From contig CALGKJ010000130.1 of the NCBI GenBank assembly GCA_937930535.1, positions 6,168 to 70,167 of the forward strand: DNA of 64,000 bases. Reading direction: 5' to 3'. Source of the stretch: an uncultured Clostridia bacterium. Its GTDB lineage: Bacteria; Bacillota; Clostridia; Lutisporales; Lutisporaceae. The position numbers and the translations under genes are program-made. Positions within the stretch are counted from its first letter, which is position 1. Every line of letters begins with the position of its first letter. The notes under the pieces are model-generated. The model saw nothing but the letters and a program-made list of their open reading frames with translations. It made no database searches and was not told the origin of the DNA. Shown piece after piece: positions 32,568 through 43,218 of this stretch.

Positions 32568-32775
32568 CGTGCTAATTGAGTTTATAAATTCAATAAAAAA
32601 TTTAACATTTATAAATTTTTTTTAAAACCAGTAGAATTATTGCTGTATTTAATGTAAAATTATATTGGAAGATGGTTTTATATAACTATATATAAAAACT
32701 ATAAAATAATATATATTTTATAGTTGATAAGTTATTTTGATGGCGGGTTACAAATATATGGGGGTGTTTAAAAAC

Positions 32776-33954
32776 ATGGGAATTAAATTTGCCAATAGAA
32801 TGGAGAATATAAAAAGCTCCGCTATTCGCGAACTGTTAAAGCTTACAGAACAACCAGATATAATTTCCTTTGCAGGTGGATTGCCAGCTCCAGAATTATT
32901 TCCAATAAAGGAACTAGAAAAGGTATGCAGCAGAGTACTTAATGAAGAAGGCCAGGCAGCATTGCAGTACAGTTCTACGGATGGTTTTTTACCATTAAGA
33001 ATTCAAATTGCAGAGCGTATGAAGAAATTAGGAGTTGAGTGCACTGCTCAAAATATACTTATAACCAGTGGTTCTCAGCAGGGGTTAGAATTTTCCGGCA
33101 GGATATTTATAAATGAAGGTGATGTTGTTATATGTGAAAGCCCCAGCTATTTAGGTGCTTTAAATGCATTTAAGGCATATTTGCCGAAGTTTGTTGAAAT
33201 TCCTATGGACGAAGAAGGAATGATAGTAGACGAGCTTGAAAAGGCATTGGAGCAATATCCAAACGCAAAATTTATATATACCATTCCTGATTTTCAAAAT
33301 CCAACGGGAAGAACAATGAATCTGGAAAGAAGAAAACGCCTTATGGATTTGGCTATAAAATATGATATGCCAGTTTTAGAAGATAATCCATACGGTGAGC
33401 TTAGATTTGAGGGTGAGCATTTACCTACATTAAAATCCTTTGATACAAAAGGACTCGTAATACACCTTGGTACTTTCTCTAAGATATTTTGTCCAGGATT
33501 AAGACTGGGATGGGTAATTGCAGAGCCAGAAATTCTTCAAAAATATATTATTGTTAAGCAGGGTGCGGATTTACAATGCAGCTCCATAGCTCAAAGAGAG
33601 ATTTATAGATTTATGGAAATGTATGATATTGATGAGCATATTGCTAACCTTATTAATGTTTATAGAAGAAGAAGAGACTTAATGATTGAAACCATGAAAG
33701 CGGAATTTCCATCCAACATAACCTTCACACATCCAGAGGGTGGACTATTTGCTTGGGCTACCTTGCCAGAAGGAGTGGATGCAGCAGATGTGCTTAAAAA
33801 AGCATTAGAGGAAAAGGTTGCATTTGTACCTGGAGAACCTTTCTACCCAAATGGTGGAAATGCAAATCATTGCAGACTTAATTATTCTAATATGCCAGAG
33901 GAAAAGATAGTTGAAGGCATAAAGAGACTAGGAAAAGTTTTAAAATCCTTATAG
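32776..33954 (+). CDS. PLP-dependent aminotransferase, class I/II (2-aminoadipate/aromatic aminotransferase-like)
   Basis: SSAIRELLK N-terminal motif, TSGSQQGL, DNPYGELRF, PLP-lysine region GTFSKIFCPGLRLGW. The start is probably ATG 32776. The ORF track begins at 32737. Confidence 0.85.
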   Translation: MGIKFANRMENIKSSAIRELLKLTEQPDIISFAGGLPAPELFPIKELEKVCSRVLNEEGQAALQYSSTDGFLPLRIQIAERMKKLGVECTAQNILITSGSQQGLEFSGRIFINEGDVVICESPSYLGALNAFKAYLPKFVEIPMDEEGMIVDELEKALEQYPNAKFIYTIPDFQNPTGRTMNLERRKRLMDLAIKYDMPVLEDNPYGELRFEGEHLPTLKSFDTKGLVIHLGTFSKIFCPGLRLGWVIAEPEILQKYIIVKQGADLQCSSIAQREIYRFMEMYDIDEHIANLINVYRRRRDLMIETMKAEFPSNITFTHPEGGLFAWATLPEGVDAADVLKKALEEKVAFVPGEPFYPNGGNANHCRLNYSNMPEEKIVEGIKRLGKVLKSL

Positions 33955-33961
33955 AAAATAT

Positions 33962-33990
33962 GTCTCCGTTATGCGGAGACTTTTTTATTT
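33962..33990 (+). terminator. Rho-independent terminator after the aminotransferase gene
   Basis: Stem GTCTCCG / CGGAGAC followed by TTTTTTATTT. Confidence 0.8.
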
Positions 33991-34155
33991 TGAATAGTAA
34001 AATATGGTAAGTATAGACTATTAACATTAGCAGATAATAAGCTTATAGAGAATTTATATGGAAAACATATCAAAAAAAGCTGGAAAAGAAATATAAATTG
34101 TGTTATAATAAAATAAATACTAACAAGTAATTATTATTGATTAGGAGGACTAAAT

Positions 34156-34314
34156 ATGGAAAAATATGTTTGTACAGTATGCGGTTATGTTTATGATCCA
34201 GAGCAGGGAGATTCTGATAATGGAGTAGCACCAGGTACTGCATTTGAAAATATCCATGAAGATTGGGTTTGTCCACTTTGTGGAGTAGGAAAGGATATGT
34301 TTGAAAAGGAGTAA
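34156..34314 (+). CDS. Rubredoxin (52 aa; absent from the supplied ORF track because it is under 60 aa)
   Basis: My own translation gives [52 protein letters not shown], with the canonical CxxCG...CPxCG pairs. AGGAGG at 34144-34149. The stop lies 12 nt before the flavodiiron gene start. Confidence 0.9.
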   Translation: MEKYVCTVCGYVYDPEQGDSDNGVAPGTAFENIHEDWVCPLCGVGKDMFEKE

Positions 34315-34326
34315 TTGGAGGACAAT

Positions 34327-35523
34327 ATGAAATCATACGAATTAAAAAAAGACCTTTATTGGGTAGGTGTAAGGGATGCAGATCTTAGGGTATTCGACAT
34401 AATAATGAAAACTGAATATGGAACAACCTACAATTCCTATCTGATTAAGGGTGAGAAAAACATACTTATTGAAACGGTAAAGATAGATTTTTACGATGAG
34501 TTTATCAAAGCTATTGAAAATGTAATAGGAAATGAAGAAATTCATTATATAATAGCTAACCATACAGAACCAGATCATTCAGGCTCAGTTAAAAATCTTT
34601 TAACAAAATACTCTAAAGCGGAGGTAATATGCAGTAAACCCGCTTCCATGTACTTAAAAGCCATGCTAAATGAAGATTTTAGCTGTAGAGTAGTTTCGGA
34701 TGGCGAGGAAATGAATCTTGGCGGAAGAAATTTTAGATTTATTTCCGCACCATTTTTGCATTGGCCTGATACAATATTTACATATTATGTAGATGAAAAG
34801 ATATTATTTAGTGGTGACGTTTTAGGCTGTCATTATTGTCCAGAAACTGGTGTTGTACTTGATACGCAGTCAGGTGACTTTATGGATACCTTTGAATACT
34901 ATTTTGATGTCATAATGGGTCCATTTAAGGATCATGTTTTAAAAGCCATGAGCAAAATAGAGAACATTGATATTAATATGGTATGCCCAAGTCATGGTCC
35001 TGTTCTCACTGATAATATTGATAAATGCATTAAGCTCTACACAGCTTGGAGCAGAGAGGCGGTTGTCAAGCGAGATAAAAAATATATTGTGATTGCTTAT
35101 GTATCAGCTTATGGCTTTACACGCACTATTGCAGAGGAATTATATAGAAGCATGTCAGAGGATAGTGAGCTGGATGTAGAAATTATAGACATTTCAAATC
35201 ATGAGCTTATGGCTGTAAAAAGAAAATTAGAAGCTGCTGATGGTATAATGATTGGTTCACCTACATTTAATCAGGATGCGCTAAAGCCCGTATGGGATGC
35301 GCTGTCGGTAGTATGTCCGATAAATGTTAGAGGCAAGCTGGCTGCTGCCTTTGGTTCCTTTGGCTGGAGCGGTGAAGCAGTTAAAATGCTTGAGGAAAGG
35401 CTTAAGTCTCTAAAATACAAGGTTATTGAATCGGGGCTTCGTATTAACTTTGCACCATCGGATCATGACCTTCATACAGCTTCTGCATTTGCTAAACAGT
35501 TTGTTAATATGATAAAGGGTTAG
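34327..35523 (+). CDS. fprA: Flavodiiron protein (MBL-like diiron domain plus flavodoxin domain; O2/NO reductase)
   Basis: Diiron motif NHTEPDHSG, a further His ligand in CPSHGP, and a C-terminal flavodoxin segment (IGSPTFNQD). ATG 34327 follows GGAGGA. Confidence 0.9.
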   Translation: MKSYELKKDLYWVGVRDADLRVFDIIMKTEYGTTYNSYLIKGEKNILIETVKIDFYDEFIKAIENVIGNEEIHYIIANHTEPDHSGSVKNLLTKYSKAEVICSKPASMYLKAMLNEDFSCRVVSDGEEMNLGGRNFRFISAPFLHWPDTIFTYYVDEKILFSGDVLGCHYCPETGVVLDTQSGDFMDTFEYYFDVIMGPFKDHVLKAMSKIENIDINMVCPSHGPVLTDNIDKCIKLYTAWSREAVVKRDKKYIVIAYVSAYGFTRTIAEELYRSMSEDSELDVEIIDISNHELMAVKRKLEAADGIMIGSPTFNQDALKPVWDALSVVCPINVRGKLAAAFGSFGWSGEAVKMLEERLKSLKYKVIESGLRINFAPSDHDLHTASAFAKQFVNMIKG

Positions 35524-35893
35524 ACAATAGTCTAGCTCTTTTTTTATAAAAATATTATTGTTTAAATGGAGGAATTTAGGAAAATTTGTTGAATGATACA
35601 TTATAATTACTATAATATGCTACATAGCTAAATTAATGGCAGAACAGCTTTTGCAGGGTTTAAAATAAAGGATGTTGCAGATATGATAAAATATTATACT
35701 CAGCATTATATATAATAGTATTAATGTAAATATTGCTATAATAATATAACAAGGAACGAATATCATAAAATGGATAGTTACAAACAAGTATGCGAGTAAA
35801 GCTGTCAGCCTTTAGAAAATCAAATCTAAGTGAATGAAGAGTGTAACGACTAAAGTAGGTTAATCTATTCCAGTATTTACAAGGAGGGAGATT

Positions 35894-37942
35894 ATGAAAA
35901 GCATTAAGATTAAATTAATAGTATTCATGCTTCTTATGTCAATTATTCCACTACTTATCGCAGGTGCAGTTAGCTATAACATCAGTTCATCTGCCTTAAA
36001 AAATCAGACAGAGGAAAGTCTAAGTAATATGACCAATCAAGTATATGATATGGTAGAACAAGTACAGATGGAATTAGAAAAGGAAATTAGAGGCTACATT
36101 GAATTTATGACAGACAGCTTTTATAACCTCGGCAATGTTAGAATGGATGAAAGCGCAGCAATGGCTACAGGCTCTTATAACTTGCCCACTTTGGTAACTG
36201 ATAAAGGAATAATTAATAATAACTATGAATTTGTAGATAGGATCAAAGAGTTTACTGGAGCTAATGCTACTGTATTTTTACTTCGCAATAACGAATTAGT
36301 AAGAATATCGACTAATGTTAAGATGGAAAATGGGGAACGAGCTGTAGGAACTGCAATAAAAAGTGACAGCATTGTATACAGAACTATTAAGGAAGGTAAA
36401 ACCTTTATCGGCAGAGCTAACGTGGTAGGACATATGAACATAACAGCATATGCACCCATAAAGGATTCAGAAGGCAGCATAATTGGAGCTGTGTTTATAG
36501 GAAGACCTGAAGATGAGGGCACATTGGCAGAAAAGATAAAATCATTGAAAATAGGCAAAACAGGTTATATTTTTGTTATGGATTCAAATGCAGATATAAT
36601 AATTAATGAGTCAAATGACAACAATCAAAAGAACAGTGAGTATATAAATGAAATAATTGCTGAAAAAGATGGGCTAAGTCACTATAAATGGAAGGGACAG
36701 AACAAAATATCTGTATACAGATATTTTGAAAAGTGGGATTGGTATATAGTTGCCAGTGTTCTTGAAGAAGAGGTATTTGAAGCTGTATCTAAGCTTATGA
36801 TAATAATGATAGCAGTAACTGCGGTTTGTATGATTTTAGTTCTGGCAGTTGGTTATTTAATAGCTGCAAGTCTGGCTAAGCCTATTAAGAATGTAGTATC
36901 TGCCTTTGAAAAAATGAAGTCTGGTGACTTAACCGTAAAGGTTGAAGCAAAATCAAAGGATGAAGTAGGATTGCTGGCTTCAAGCTTCAATATAATGACA
37001 GAAAATTTAAGAAATATAATTAAGGATATTCAGATATCATCAGAATCAGTATCTGAGGCAAGCGGATGCTTAAGTATTGCTACCGAGGAAAGTAATAAAT
37101 CTATTAGTGAGGTTGCAGCAAGCATAATGCATATATCAAATGATTCTCAAGATAATGCAGCATCAATTCAGCAGACTTTAGCAGGTGTTGAAGAGGTTAC
37201 AAGCAGTGCTCAAATCATTGCTAAATCCTCCAATGAAATTGCAGAGCTGAGTAAAGGCGTTGAGCAGTCAGCGGAAAGCGGAGCAAGCTCAGTAAAAAGT
37301 GTGGCAGAAAAGATAAATAATATATCAGCTTCCTTTAATAGTGTAATAAGCTTAATTACAGAGTTGAATAGTTCCACCGGAAAAATTAACGATATTATAG
37401 AGTTTATTAATGGGATATCCAACCAGACAAATATGCTGGCATTAAATGCTGCTATTGAAGCTGCAAGAGCCGGTGAAGCAGGAAAAGGCTTTGCAGTAGT
37501 TGCAGATGAGGTTAGAAAGTTGGCTGAGGAGAGCAAGCATTCTACAAATCAGATTGTGAGATTAATAGAGGATGTCCAGCTTAAGACTGCAAAGGTAATT
37601 GAAGCAGTAAAAAGCTCAGAGCTTCTTGTTGAAGAAGGCGTAGTTAATGCAGACTCAACATATATGAGCATTAAGGAAATACTAGAGAGTATAAAAAAGG
37701 TAAGCAGCAGAATGAGCAGTATTTCAAGCAGCACAGAAATGCAGGCTCAGACAGCAGAACAAATATCAAAGGCAATAGAGGCTGTTGCACTTTCAACTGG
37801 TTCTACCGCATCTAAAACTCAGGAAATAAATGCAGGAATTGAAGAACAGCTAAGTATAGTAGAGGAAATTGAATCTACTGCTCAAGAAATGAGTAATATG
37901 GCTCTTAAGCTGAATCAGATTATTAAGAACTTTAAGATTTAA
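35894..37942 (+). CDS. Methyl-accepting chemotaxis protein with Cache-type sensor, HAMP and MA domains
   Basis: TM1, periplasmic Cache-like region, TM2, HAMP (DLTVKV...[13 protein letters not shown]), and the highly conserved signalling hairpin [40 protein letters not shown]. Confidence 0.92.
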   Translation: MKSIKIKLIVFMLLMSIIPLLIAGAVSYNISSSALKNQTEESLSNMTNQVYDMVEQVQMELEKEIRGYIEFMTDSFYNLGNVRMDESAAMATGSYNLPTLVTDKGIINNNYEFVDRIKEFTGANATVFLLRNNELVRISTNVKMENGERAVGTAIKSDSIVYRTIKEGKTFIGRANVVGHMNITAYAPIKDSEGSIIGAVFIGRPEDEGTLAEKIKSLKIGKTGYIFVMDSNADIIINESNDNNQKNSEYINEIIAEKDGLSHYKWKGQNKISVYRYFEKWDWYIVASVLEEEVFEAVSKLMIIMIAVTAVCMILVLAVGYLIAASLAKPIKNVVSAFEKMKSGDLTVKVEAKSKDEVGLLASSFNIMTENLRNIIKDIQISSESVSEASGCLSIATEESNKSISEVAASIMHISNDSQDNAASIQQTLAGVEEVTSSAQIIAKSSNEIAELSKGVEQSAESGASSVKSVAEKINNISASFNSVISLITELNSSTGKINDIIEFINGISNQTNMLALNAAIEAARAGEAGKGFAVVADEVRKLAEESKHSTNQIVRLIEDVQLKTAKVIEAVKSSELLVEEGVVNADSTYMSIKEILESIKKVSSRMSSISSSTEMQAQTAEQISKAIEAVALSTGSTASKTQEINAGIEEQLSIVEEIESTAQEMSNMALKLNQIIKNFKI

Positions 37943-37944
37943 AT

Positions 37945-37990
37945 TAAAGGTATGGTATATTTATAGCGTATACCATACCTTTAATTTTTT
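37945..37990 (+). terminator. Rho-independent terminator after the chemoreceptor gene
   Basis: 14-bp stem AAAGGTATGGTATA / TATACCATACCTTT followed by a T8 run. Confidence 0.9.
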
Positions 37991-38079
37991 TTCCTGATAC
38001 TCATATATAGAAGATATAAAAAAAGGATGTTATAATATATCATAAGTGCTATATAAAATGTTGAAGCGGAGGAAGGTAA

Positions 38080-38946
38080 ATGAAAAGACTAAAGAGTTTG
38101 ATCATTTTTGTAGCTGCCATAATGCTATTCACTGGATGCAGTAAGGATAATGATCTTGAATCACTTATTAATGAAAATGAGGAATTAAAAGAAGAATTGA
38201 TAAAGCTGGAGCAGAGAATACAGGGTTACGAGCAATTAAGGCTTGAGCTGGAAAGTATTAAATATAGTGAGTTTTATCTCCTTAACGAATTAAATATCTG
38301 CTTGGGTAATAAGGAATATAACAAAGCTCTTGATATCATATATACTATTGTACAAAAACAACCTGATTCACCTGAAGCCGCTAAAGCTGCTGAAATTAAA
38401 GCACAGATTATGGCGGCTGTAAGTGGGAGTAAAGGCAAAAACAATATAGAAGCAAGCACAAAGGATTTGGCAGATATTGCGAAAAATATTAAGACCAGAT
38501 TTGATGAAGAAAAGCAGATGGATTGGCATGTACACAACAGCTCGCCTAGTAAGAATGATGTGAATGCCTTTTATTTATACTATGGAATGAAAGAAAAAAA
38601 TCTTCCATGGTTGAGAATGCGTATTCAGTATGCAGGTGAGGGATATCTGGATATTACTAAATTTACAATAAATGCAGATAATCATCTATATGAGATAGTG
38701 CCGCCGCAGTTTGCGGTTAAGAAAGATAAAATGGGTGAGCTTGCATGGGAATGGTATGATGCAAGTGTGGAAAATAACGTATATAAAATATTTAAAGCCG
38801 CAGCAAATGCTGAAAAAGCATCTATTATTTGTGTAGGAAATATTAAAAGCTATGAGCGTACGTTATCTGCTTCAGAAAAACAGGCACTAAAATACATTAT
38901 AGCATCCTATGAATTGTCAGGGGGCTTTATTTCTGATGTTCAATAG
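38080..38946 (+). CDS. Hypothetical lipoprotein
   Basis: Signal peptide with lipobox LFTGC, a coiled-coil N-terminal segment, and no recognisable catalytic motif. GGAGGAAGG RBS. Confidence 0.6.
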   Translation: MKRLKSLIIFVAAIMLFTGCSKDNDLESLINENEELKEELIKLEQRIQGYEQLRLELESIKYSEFYLLNELNICLGNKEYNKALDIIYTIVQKQPDSPEAAKAAEIKAQIMAAVSGSKGKNNIEASTKDLADIAKNIKTRFDEEKQMDWHVHNSSPSKNDVNAFYLYYGMKEKNLPWLRMRIQYAGEGYLDITKFTINADNHLYEIVPPQFAVKKDKMGELAWEWYDASVENNVYKIFKAAANAEKASIICVGNIKSYERTLSASEKQALKYIIASYELSGGFISDVQ

Positions 38947-39031
38947 AAGCTCCATACAGTTAAGTTTTAGATTTACTTCCCTATAGGTGGTGGGTTATAT
39001 AATTAGATTTATGGGACTAAAGGTGGTGTCT

Positions 39032-40945
39032 ATGATGAAAATGTATATAGAGGCATCTCATGAAAGATGCAAAAAAAAGGGGATTAGACCTGAAAATATA
39101 TTTAGCACCAGAGTTCTTGAAGGTGAGCCTCTGAAGCTGAAGCTGGAGCAGAATAAAGAGCTTATAAGCACAGCAGCCCCTTTTCTGAACCATTTATACA
39201 ATTTTGTGCAGGGATCAGGCTTCTTTGCCATATTAAATGACGCCGAAGGATGTATACTAAGCGTTATCGGCGATGACACTATTTTAAAAGAAGCCAATAA
39301 GCTGAAAATGATACCAGGAGCTTATATGGATGAAGAAAATATAGGCACAAATGCTATGAGCATGGTCATTAGTGAAGGTATGCCGGTTCAAGTATCGGGC
39401 AAAGAACATTTTATAAAAGCATATCATAAATGGACATGTTCTGCTGCTCCTATAAAGGATTCAAACGGTAAAATAATAGGCATTATAGATCTTACCGGAT
39501 ATAGTGAAAATGTTCATCCTCATACACTTGGTATTGTAGTTGCGGCGGCAAATGCAATTGAAAGGATGCTGGAGGTAAATAGCATAAACTCAGTATTAAG
39601 AATATCTAAGCAGCATATAGAGAGTATATTCGATTCCATTTCTTCTGGCATTTTGACATCTGATTTATCAGGAAATATTACTTCTATTAACAAGCATGCT
39701 GTAAAAATGTTCGGCTATAGTGAGTATGAATTGAGAAATATGAAAATATGGAGCTTCATTGACAATTGGAGTGAAATTGTAAGTATACTAAAAGCCAGAG
39801 AGAATTTTGTTGAAAAGGATGTAAATGTAAGAGCAAGAACAAACAAAATGCAGTTTACTCTCACCACTTATCCAATATATAATTCTGATAAGGAAATAGT
39901 CGAGATTGTACACATATTCTATGAGTTGAAAAAAAATAGAAAGCTGGCAGGAAAAATACTCAGCGGGCAAGCCATATACACCTTTGATAAGATTATATGC
40001 AGAAATAAAGAGTTTTTAAAGACTATAGAATATGCAAAAAAAATAGCCGACAGTAGTTCGACTATACTGATTACAGGTGAAAGCGGTACAGGTAAGGAAG
40101 TATTTGCACAATCTATTCATAATTATAGCATCAGGAAGGAAGAACCGTTTATAGCAGTAAATTGCGGAGCTATTCCTAGAACACTGATTGAGTCAGAGCT
40201 ATTTGGTTATGAGGAGGGTGCTTTTACAGGAGCTAGAAAGGGTGGAAATGCAGGTAAATTTGAGCTGGCTGATGAAGGTACTATTTTTTTGGATGAAATC
40301 GGAGAAATGCCCATAGATATGCAAATCAAGCTATTAAGAGTTATTGAGGAAGGTGTAATAAATCGCATAGGAAGTCATAGGCAGATACCTGTAAATGTTA
40401 GAATTATAGCTGCTACTAACAAAGACTTAGCAAAAGAGGTTGAAAAAGGAAACTTTAGGAAGGATCTTTATTATAGGTTGAATGTACTTCCAATATATTT
40501 GCCTCCGCTTAGGGAACGTATGGATGATATTCCACTGCTTATTGAATATTACATGGAAAAGACATCAAAACGATTAAACAAGCGGAGTATAAATATACCT
40601 ATGGAATATTTGGAATATCTGAAAAATCGTGAATGGCAAGGTAATATAAGAGAATTAGAAAATGTAATAGAGCTTATTGTAAATACTGAATCTATTCAAA
40701 CCAATTTTTCAGAGGTTAAGTCAAAAGATAGCAGCAAAGCAAAAAGTATACAAAGTATGCTTAGCTTGGAGCAGGTTGAAAAGCAGCATATTATTAATGT
40801 TATAAATGATACACAAGGAAATGTTACAAATGCTGCAAAAATATTAGATATAGGTCGAAATACTTTATATAGGAAGCTTGAAAAATACAACATTGACTGT
40901 TCGAAAATGGAACATTGTTCCGAAATGGAACGCATGGATGGTTGA
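39032..40945 (+). CDS. Sigma-54-dependent transcriptional activator (AcoR-like GAF, PAS, AAA+, Fis-type HTH)
   Basis: Walker A GESGTGKE, the sigma-54 contact loop GAFTGA, Walker B FLDEIGEM, and C-terminal [29 protein letters not shown] precedes ATG 39032. The ORF track begins at 38987. Confidence 0.92.
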   Translation: MMKMYIEASHERCKKKGIRPENIFSTRVLEGEPLKLKLEQNKELISTAAPFLNHLYNFVQGSGFFAILNDAEGCILSVIGDDTILKEANKLKMIPGAYMDEENIGTNAMSMVISEGMPVQVSGKEHFIKAYHKWTCSAAPIKDSNGKIIGIIDLTGYSENVHPHTLGIVVAAANAIERMLEVNSINSVLRISKQHIESIFDSISSGILTSDLSGNITSINKHAVKMFGYSEYELRNMKIWSFIDNWSEIVSILKARENFVEKDVNVRARTNKMQFTLTTYPIYNSDKEIVEIVHIFYELKKNRKLAGKILSGQAIYTFDKIICRNKEFLKTIEYAKKIADSSSTILITGESGTGKEVFAQSIHNYSIRKEEPFIAVNCGAIPRTLIESELFGYEEGAFTGARKGGNAGKFELADEGTIFLDEIGEMPIDMQIKLLRVIEEGVINRIGSHRQIPVNVRIIAATNKDLAKEVEKGNFRKDLYYRLNVLPIYLPPLRERMDDIPLLIEYYMEKTSKRLNKRSINIPMEYLEYLKNREWQGNIRELENVIELIVNTESIQTNFSEVKSKDSSKAKSIQSMLSLEQVEKQHIINVINDTQGNVTNAAKILDIGRNTLYRKLEKYNIDCSKMEHCSEMERMDG

Positions 40946-40966
40946 TATTGTGTTCCGAAATGGAAC
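40899..40966 (+). promoter_or_regulatory. Three copies of the inverted-repeat motif GTTC(C/G)-AAAT-GGAAC, a candidate enhancer (UAS) for the sigma-54 activator
   Basis: GTTCGAAAATGGAAC at 40899-40913, and GTTCCGAAATGGAAC at 40917-40931 and 40952-40966. The third copy is nested in a larger palindrome TTGATATTG...CAATATCAA (40942-40976). The sites lie 80-150 nt upstream of the -24/-12 promoter. Confidence 0.65.
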
Positions 40967-41047
40967 GCAATATCAACTAATATATTTTTACTGTTTACAA
41001 ACCAGTAAAACCAAGAGCTGCAGCCTCCTTGCGTATTTTTTTAATAT

Positions 41048-41063
41048 TGGCACAAATATTGCT
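41048..41063 (+). promoter_or_regulatory. Sigma-54 (-24/-12) promoter for aor
   Basis: TGGCAC-AAATA-TTGCT matches the TGGCAC-n5-TTGCW consensus exactly. It lies 39 nt upstream of the aor ATG and directly downstream of a sigma-54 activator gene. Confidence 0.85.
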
Positions 41064-41101
41064 TAATATTATTTATGAAAATATGATAAGGGGGTTTTTG
41101 A

Positions 41102-42898
41102 ATGTACGGTTATATCGGAAAGGTATTAAGAATTAACTTAAAGCAAAAGAGCGTAAATGTAGAGTCCCTTGATTTGGAAAATGCAAAAAAATTCATAGGC
41201 GGCAGAGGATTAGGAACTAAGCTATTTATGGATGAGGTTGATCCTAAGGTAGATGCTTTAAGTGCAGAAAACAAACTTTTCATAGTTGCAGGTCCTTTGA
41301 CTGGTACTAATGTACCAACAGGCGGCAGATATATGGTAGTAACAAAATCACCATTATCAAATACAATAGCAAGCTCCAACTCAGGCGGTTTTTGGGGAGC
41401 TGAGCTTAAGGCGGCTGGCTATGACGTAATAATCATAGAAGATAAAGCTGATGAGCCAGTATATATAACTATAGAAGATGACAAAGTAGAAATAAAGGAT
41501 GCAGCTAGGCTGTGGGGAAAAGTTGTTTCTGAGGTTACAGACGAACTGAAAAATGAAATGCCTGAAAAGTCCAGAATACTGACAATAGGACCAGGGGGAG
41601 AGAAATTATCCAGAATGGCTTCAATAATGAATGACTATGAAAGAGCAGCAGGTCGTTCGGGTGTTGGTGCTGTAATGGGTTCAAAAAATCTTAAAGCTAT
41701 AGCAGTAAAAGGAAGCGGAAAAGCACAAGTATTTGATGAAGAAAAGCTTAAAGAAGTAAACTCCGAATGTCTGAAAAAAATTAAAGAAAATGGAGTTACA
41801 GGAGCAGGACTTCCAACCTACGGTACAGCAGTATTGGTTAATATAATAAATGAAAATGGTGTATTCCCCACAAACAACTTCCAAACATCAGTTTTTGAAA
41901 AAGCAGATGATATAAGCGGCGAGACAATGGCTAAGGATTATCTGTTAAAGAAGAGTCCTTGCTACAGATGCCCTATAGCTTGCGGCAGAATTGTTAAGAT
42001 TGAAGATATGGGTCTTGAAGTTGGAGGACCAGAATACGAAACACTTTGGGCTTTTGGTTCAGACTGCGGAGTATCCGATATAGTAGCTATATTTAAGGCT
42101 AACTACTATTGCAACGAATACGGCTTGGATACTATATCTGTAGGAGCTACTATAGCTGCTGCAATGGAGCTGTATCAAAAGGGATATATTAAAGAGGAAG
42201 AGCTGGAAGGCTTATCACTAGAGTTTGGTAATGCTGATGCAGTTGTAGAGTGGACAAAGAAAATAGGTAAAGGTGAAGGCTTGGGAGCGAAAATGGCAGA
42301 AGGTTCATATAGATTGTGTGAGCAATATGGTGTGCCGGAGCTTTCAATGTCAGTTAAAAAACTTGAATTACCTGCATACGATCCAAGAGGTATCATGGGT
42401 CACGGTCTGCAATATGCTACCTCAAACAGAGGCGGCTGCCATGTAAGAGGATATATGATATCACCTGAAATACTTGCACTGCCAGAAAAGCTTGATAGAT
42501 TTACTTTAGAAGGCAAGGCTCAGTGGGTTAAGACATTCCAAGACCTTACCGCTGTTATAGATTCCTTAGGCTTATGTCTGTTTACATCCTTTGCAATGGA
42601 TGCTTCTATGTATACTGCTGCTTACAACGCTGTTTGCGGTACAGAGCACACTGCAGAAACCTTATTGGAAGCAGGAGAAAGAATATATAACCTGGAAAGA
42701 TTATTTAATATAGCATCCGGTATAGATCCAAAAGAGGATACCTTACCAAAGAGACTTTTAGAGGATCCAATTCCTGACGGTCCTTCAAAAGGAAATGTTC
42801 ACAGATTATCAGAGCTTCTTCCTGAGTACTACACGCTTAGAGGCTGGGGAGAAGATGGAATCCCAGAAGCTGAAAGGTTATCTAAGTTGGGATTGTAA
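41102..42898 (+). CDS. aor: Aldehyde:ferredoxin oxidoreductase (tungstopterin AOR family)
   Basis: N-terminus YIGKVLRINL...GGRGLG, 4Fe-4S ligand segment CYRCPIAC, and pterin-binding motifs (GLDTIS, GGCHVRGY, DSLGLC). 598 aa. Confidence 0.92.
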   Translation: MYGYIGKVLRINLKQKSVNVESLDLENAKKFIGGRGLGTKLFMDEVDPKVDALSAENKLFIVAGPLTGTNVPTGGRYMVVTKSPLSNTIASSNSGGFWGAELKAAGYDVIIIEDKADEPVYITIEDDKVEIKDAARLWGKVVSEVTDELKNEMPEKSRILTIGPGGEKLSRMASIMNDYERAAGRSGVGAVMGSKNLKAIAVKGSGKAQVFDEEKLKEVNSECLKKIKENGVTGAGLPTYGTAVLVNIINENGVFPTNNFQTSVFEKADDISGETMAKDYLLKKSPCYRCPIACGRIVKIEDMGLEVGGPEYETLWAFGSDCGVSDIVAIFKANYYCNEYGLDTISVGATIAAAMELYQKGYIKEEELEGLSLEFGNADAVVEWTKKIGKGEGLGAKMAEGSYRLCEQYGVPELSMSVKKLELPAYDPRGIMGHGLQYATSNRGGCHVRGYMISPEILALPEKLDRFTLEGKAQWVKTFQDLTAVIDSLGLCLFTSFAMDASMYTAAYNAVCGTEHTAETLLEAGERIYNLERLFNIASGIDPKEDTLPKRLLEDPIPDGPSKGNVHRLSELLPEYYTLRGWGEDGIPEAERLSKLGL

Positions 42899-42905
42899 TA
42901 ACAAG

Positions 42906-42935
42906 CCCCTGGCTAATACCCAGGGGTATTTTTTA
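42906..42935 (+). terminator. Rho-independent terminator after aor
   Basis: Stem CCCCTGG / CCAGGGG followed by TATTTTTT. Confidence 0.8.
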
Positions 42936-42992
42936 TTATGAACGTACTATAATAATATAAGAAAAAGCAATTTGCATCAGGGAGGTGATATT

Positions 42993-43217
42993 GTGAGAAT
43001 TACAGTTAAGTTATTTGCAACCTTTAGAGATGGCAGGCAGAAAATTTACGATATGGACTTGCCGGAAGTGACAACTGTACAAAACATAATCAGCAGCTTG
43101 GGAATAGAAAAATCGGAAGTGGCTATACTGCTCATTAATGGAAGAGATGGAGATTTTGATAAAGAATTAGTTGAGGGTGATACGGTATCGCTTTTCCCAC
43201 CGGTAGGAGGAGGTTAA
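42993..43217 (+). CDS. MoaD/ThiS-family ubiquitin-like sulfur-carrier protein
   Basis: About 74 aa, beta-grasp-like, ending in PPVGGG. GTG 42993 follows GGGAGGTG. It is followed 1 nt later by a ThiF-like E1 gene. Confidence 0.75.
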   Translation: MRITVKLFATFRDGRQKIYDMDLPEVTTVQNIISSLGIEKSEVAILLINGRDGDFDKELVEGDTVSLFPPVGGG

Positions 43218-43218
43218 A

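Noticed and set aside
35524-35893. 370-nt leader upstream of the chemoreceptor gene, examined for a c-di-GMP (GEMM) or other riboswitch.
   Set aside because: I could not find the conserved GEMM-I or GEMM-II core segments or any convincing conserved multi-stem structure by eye. It needs an Infernal scan before any claim.
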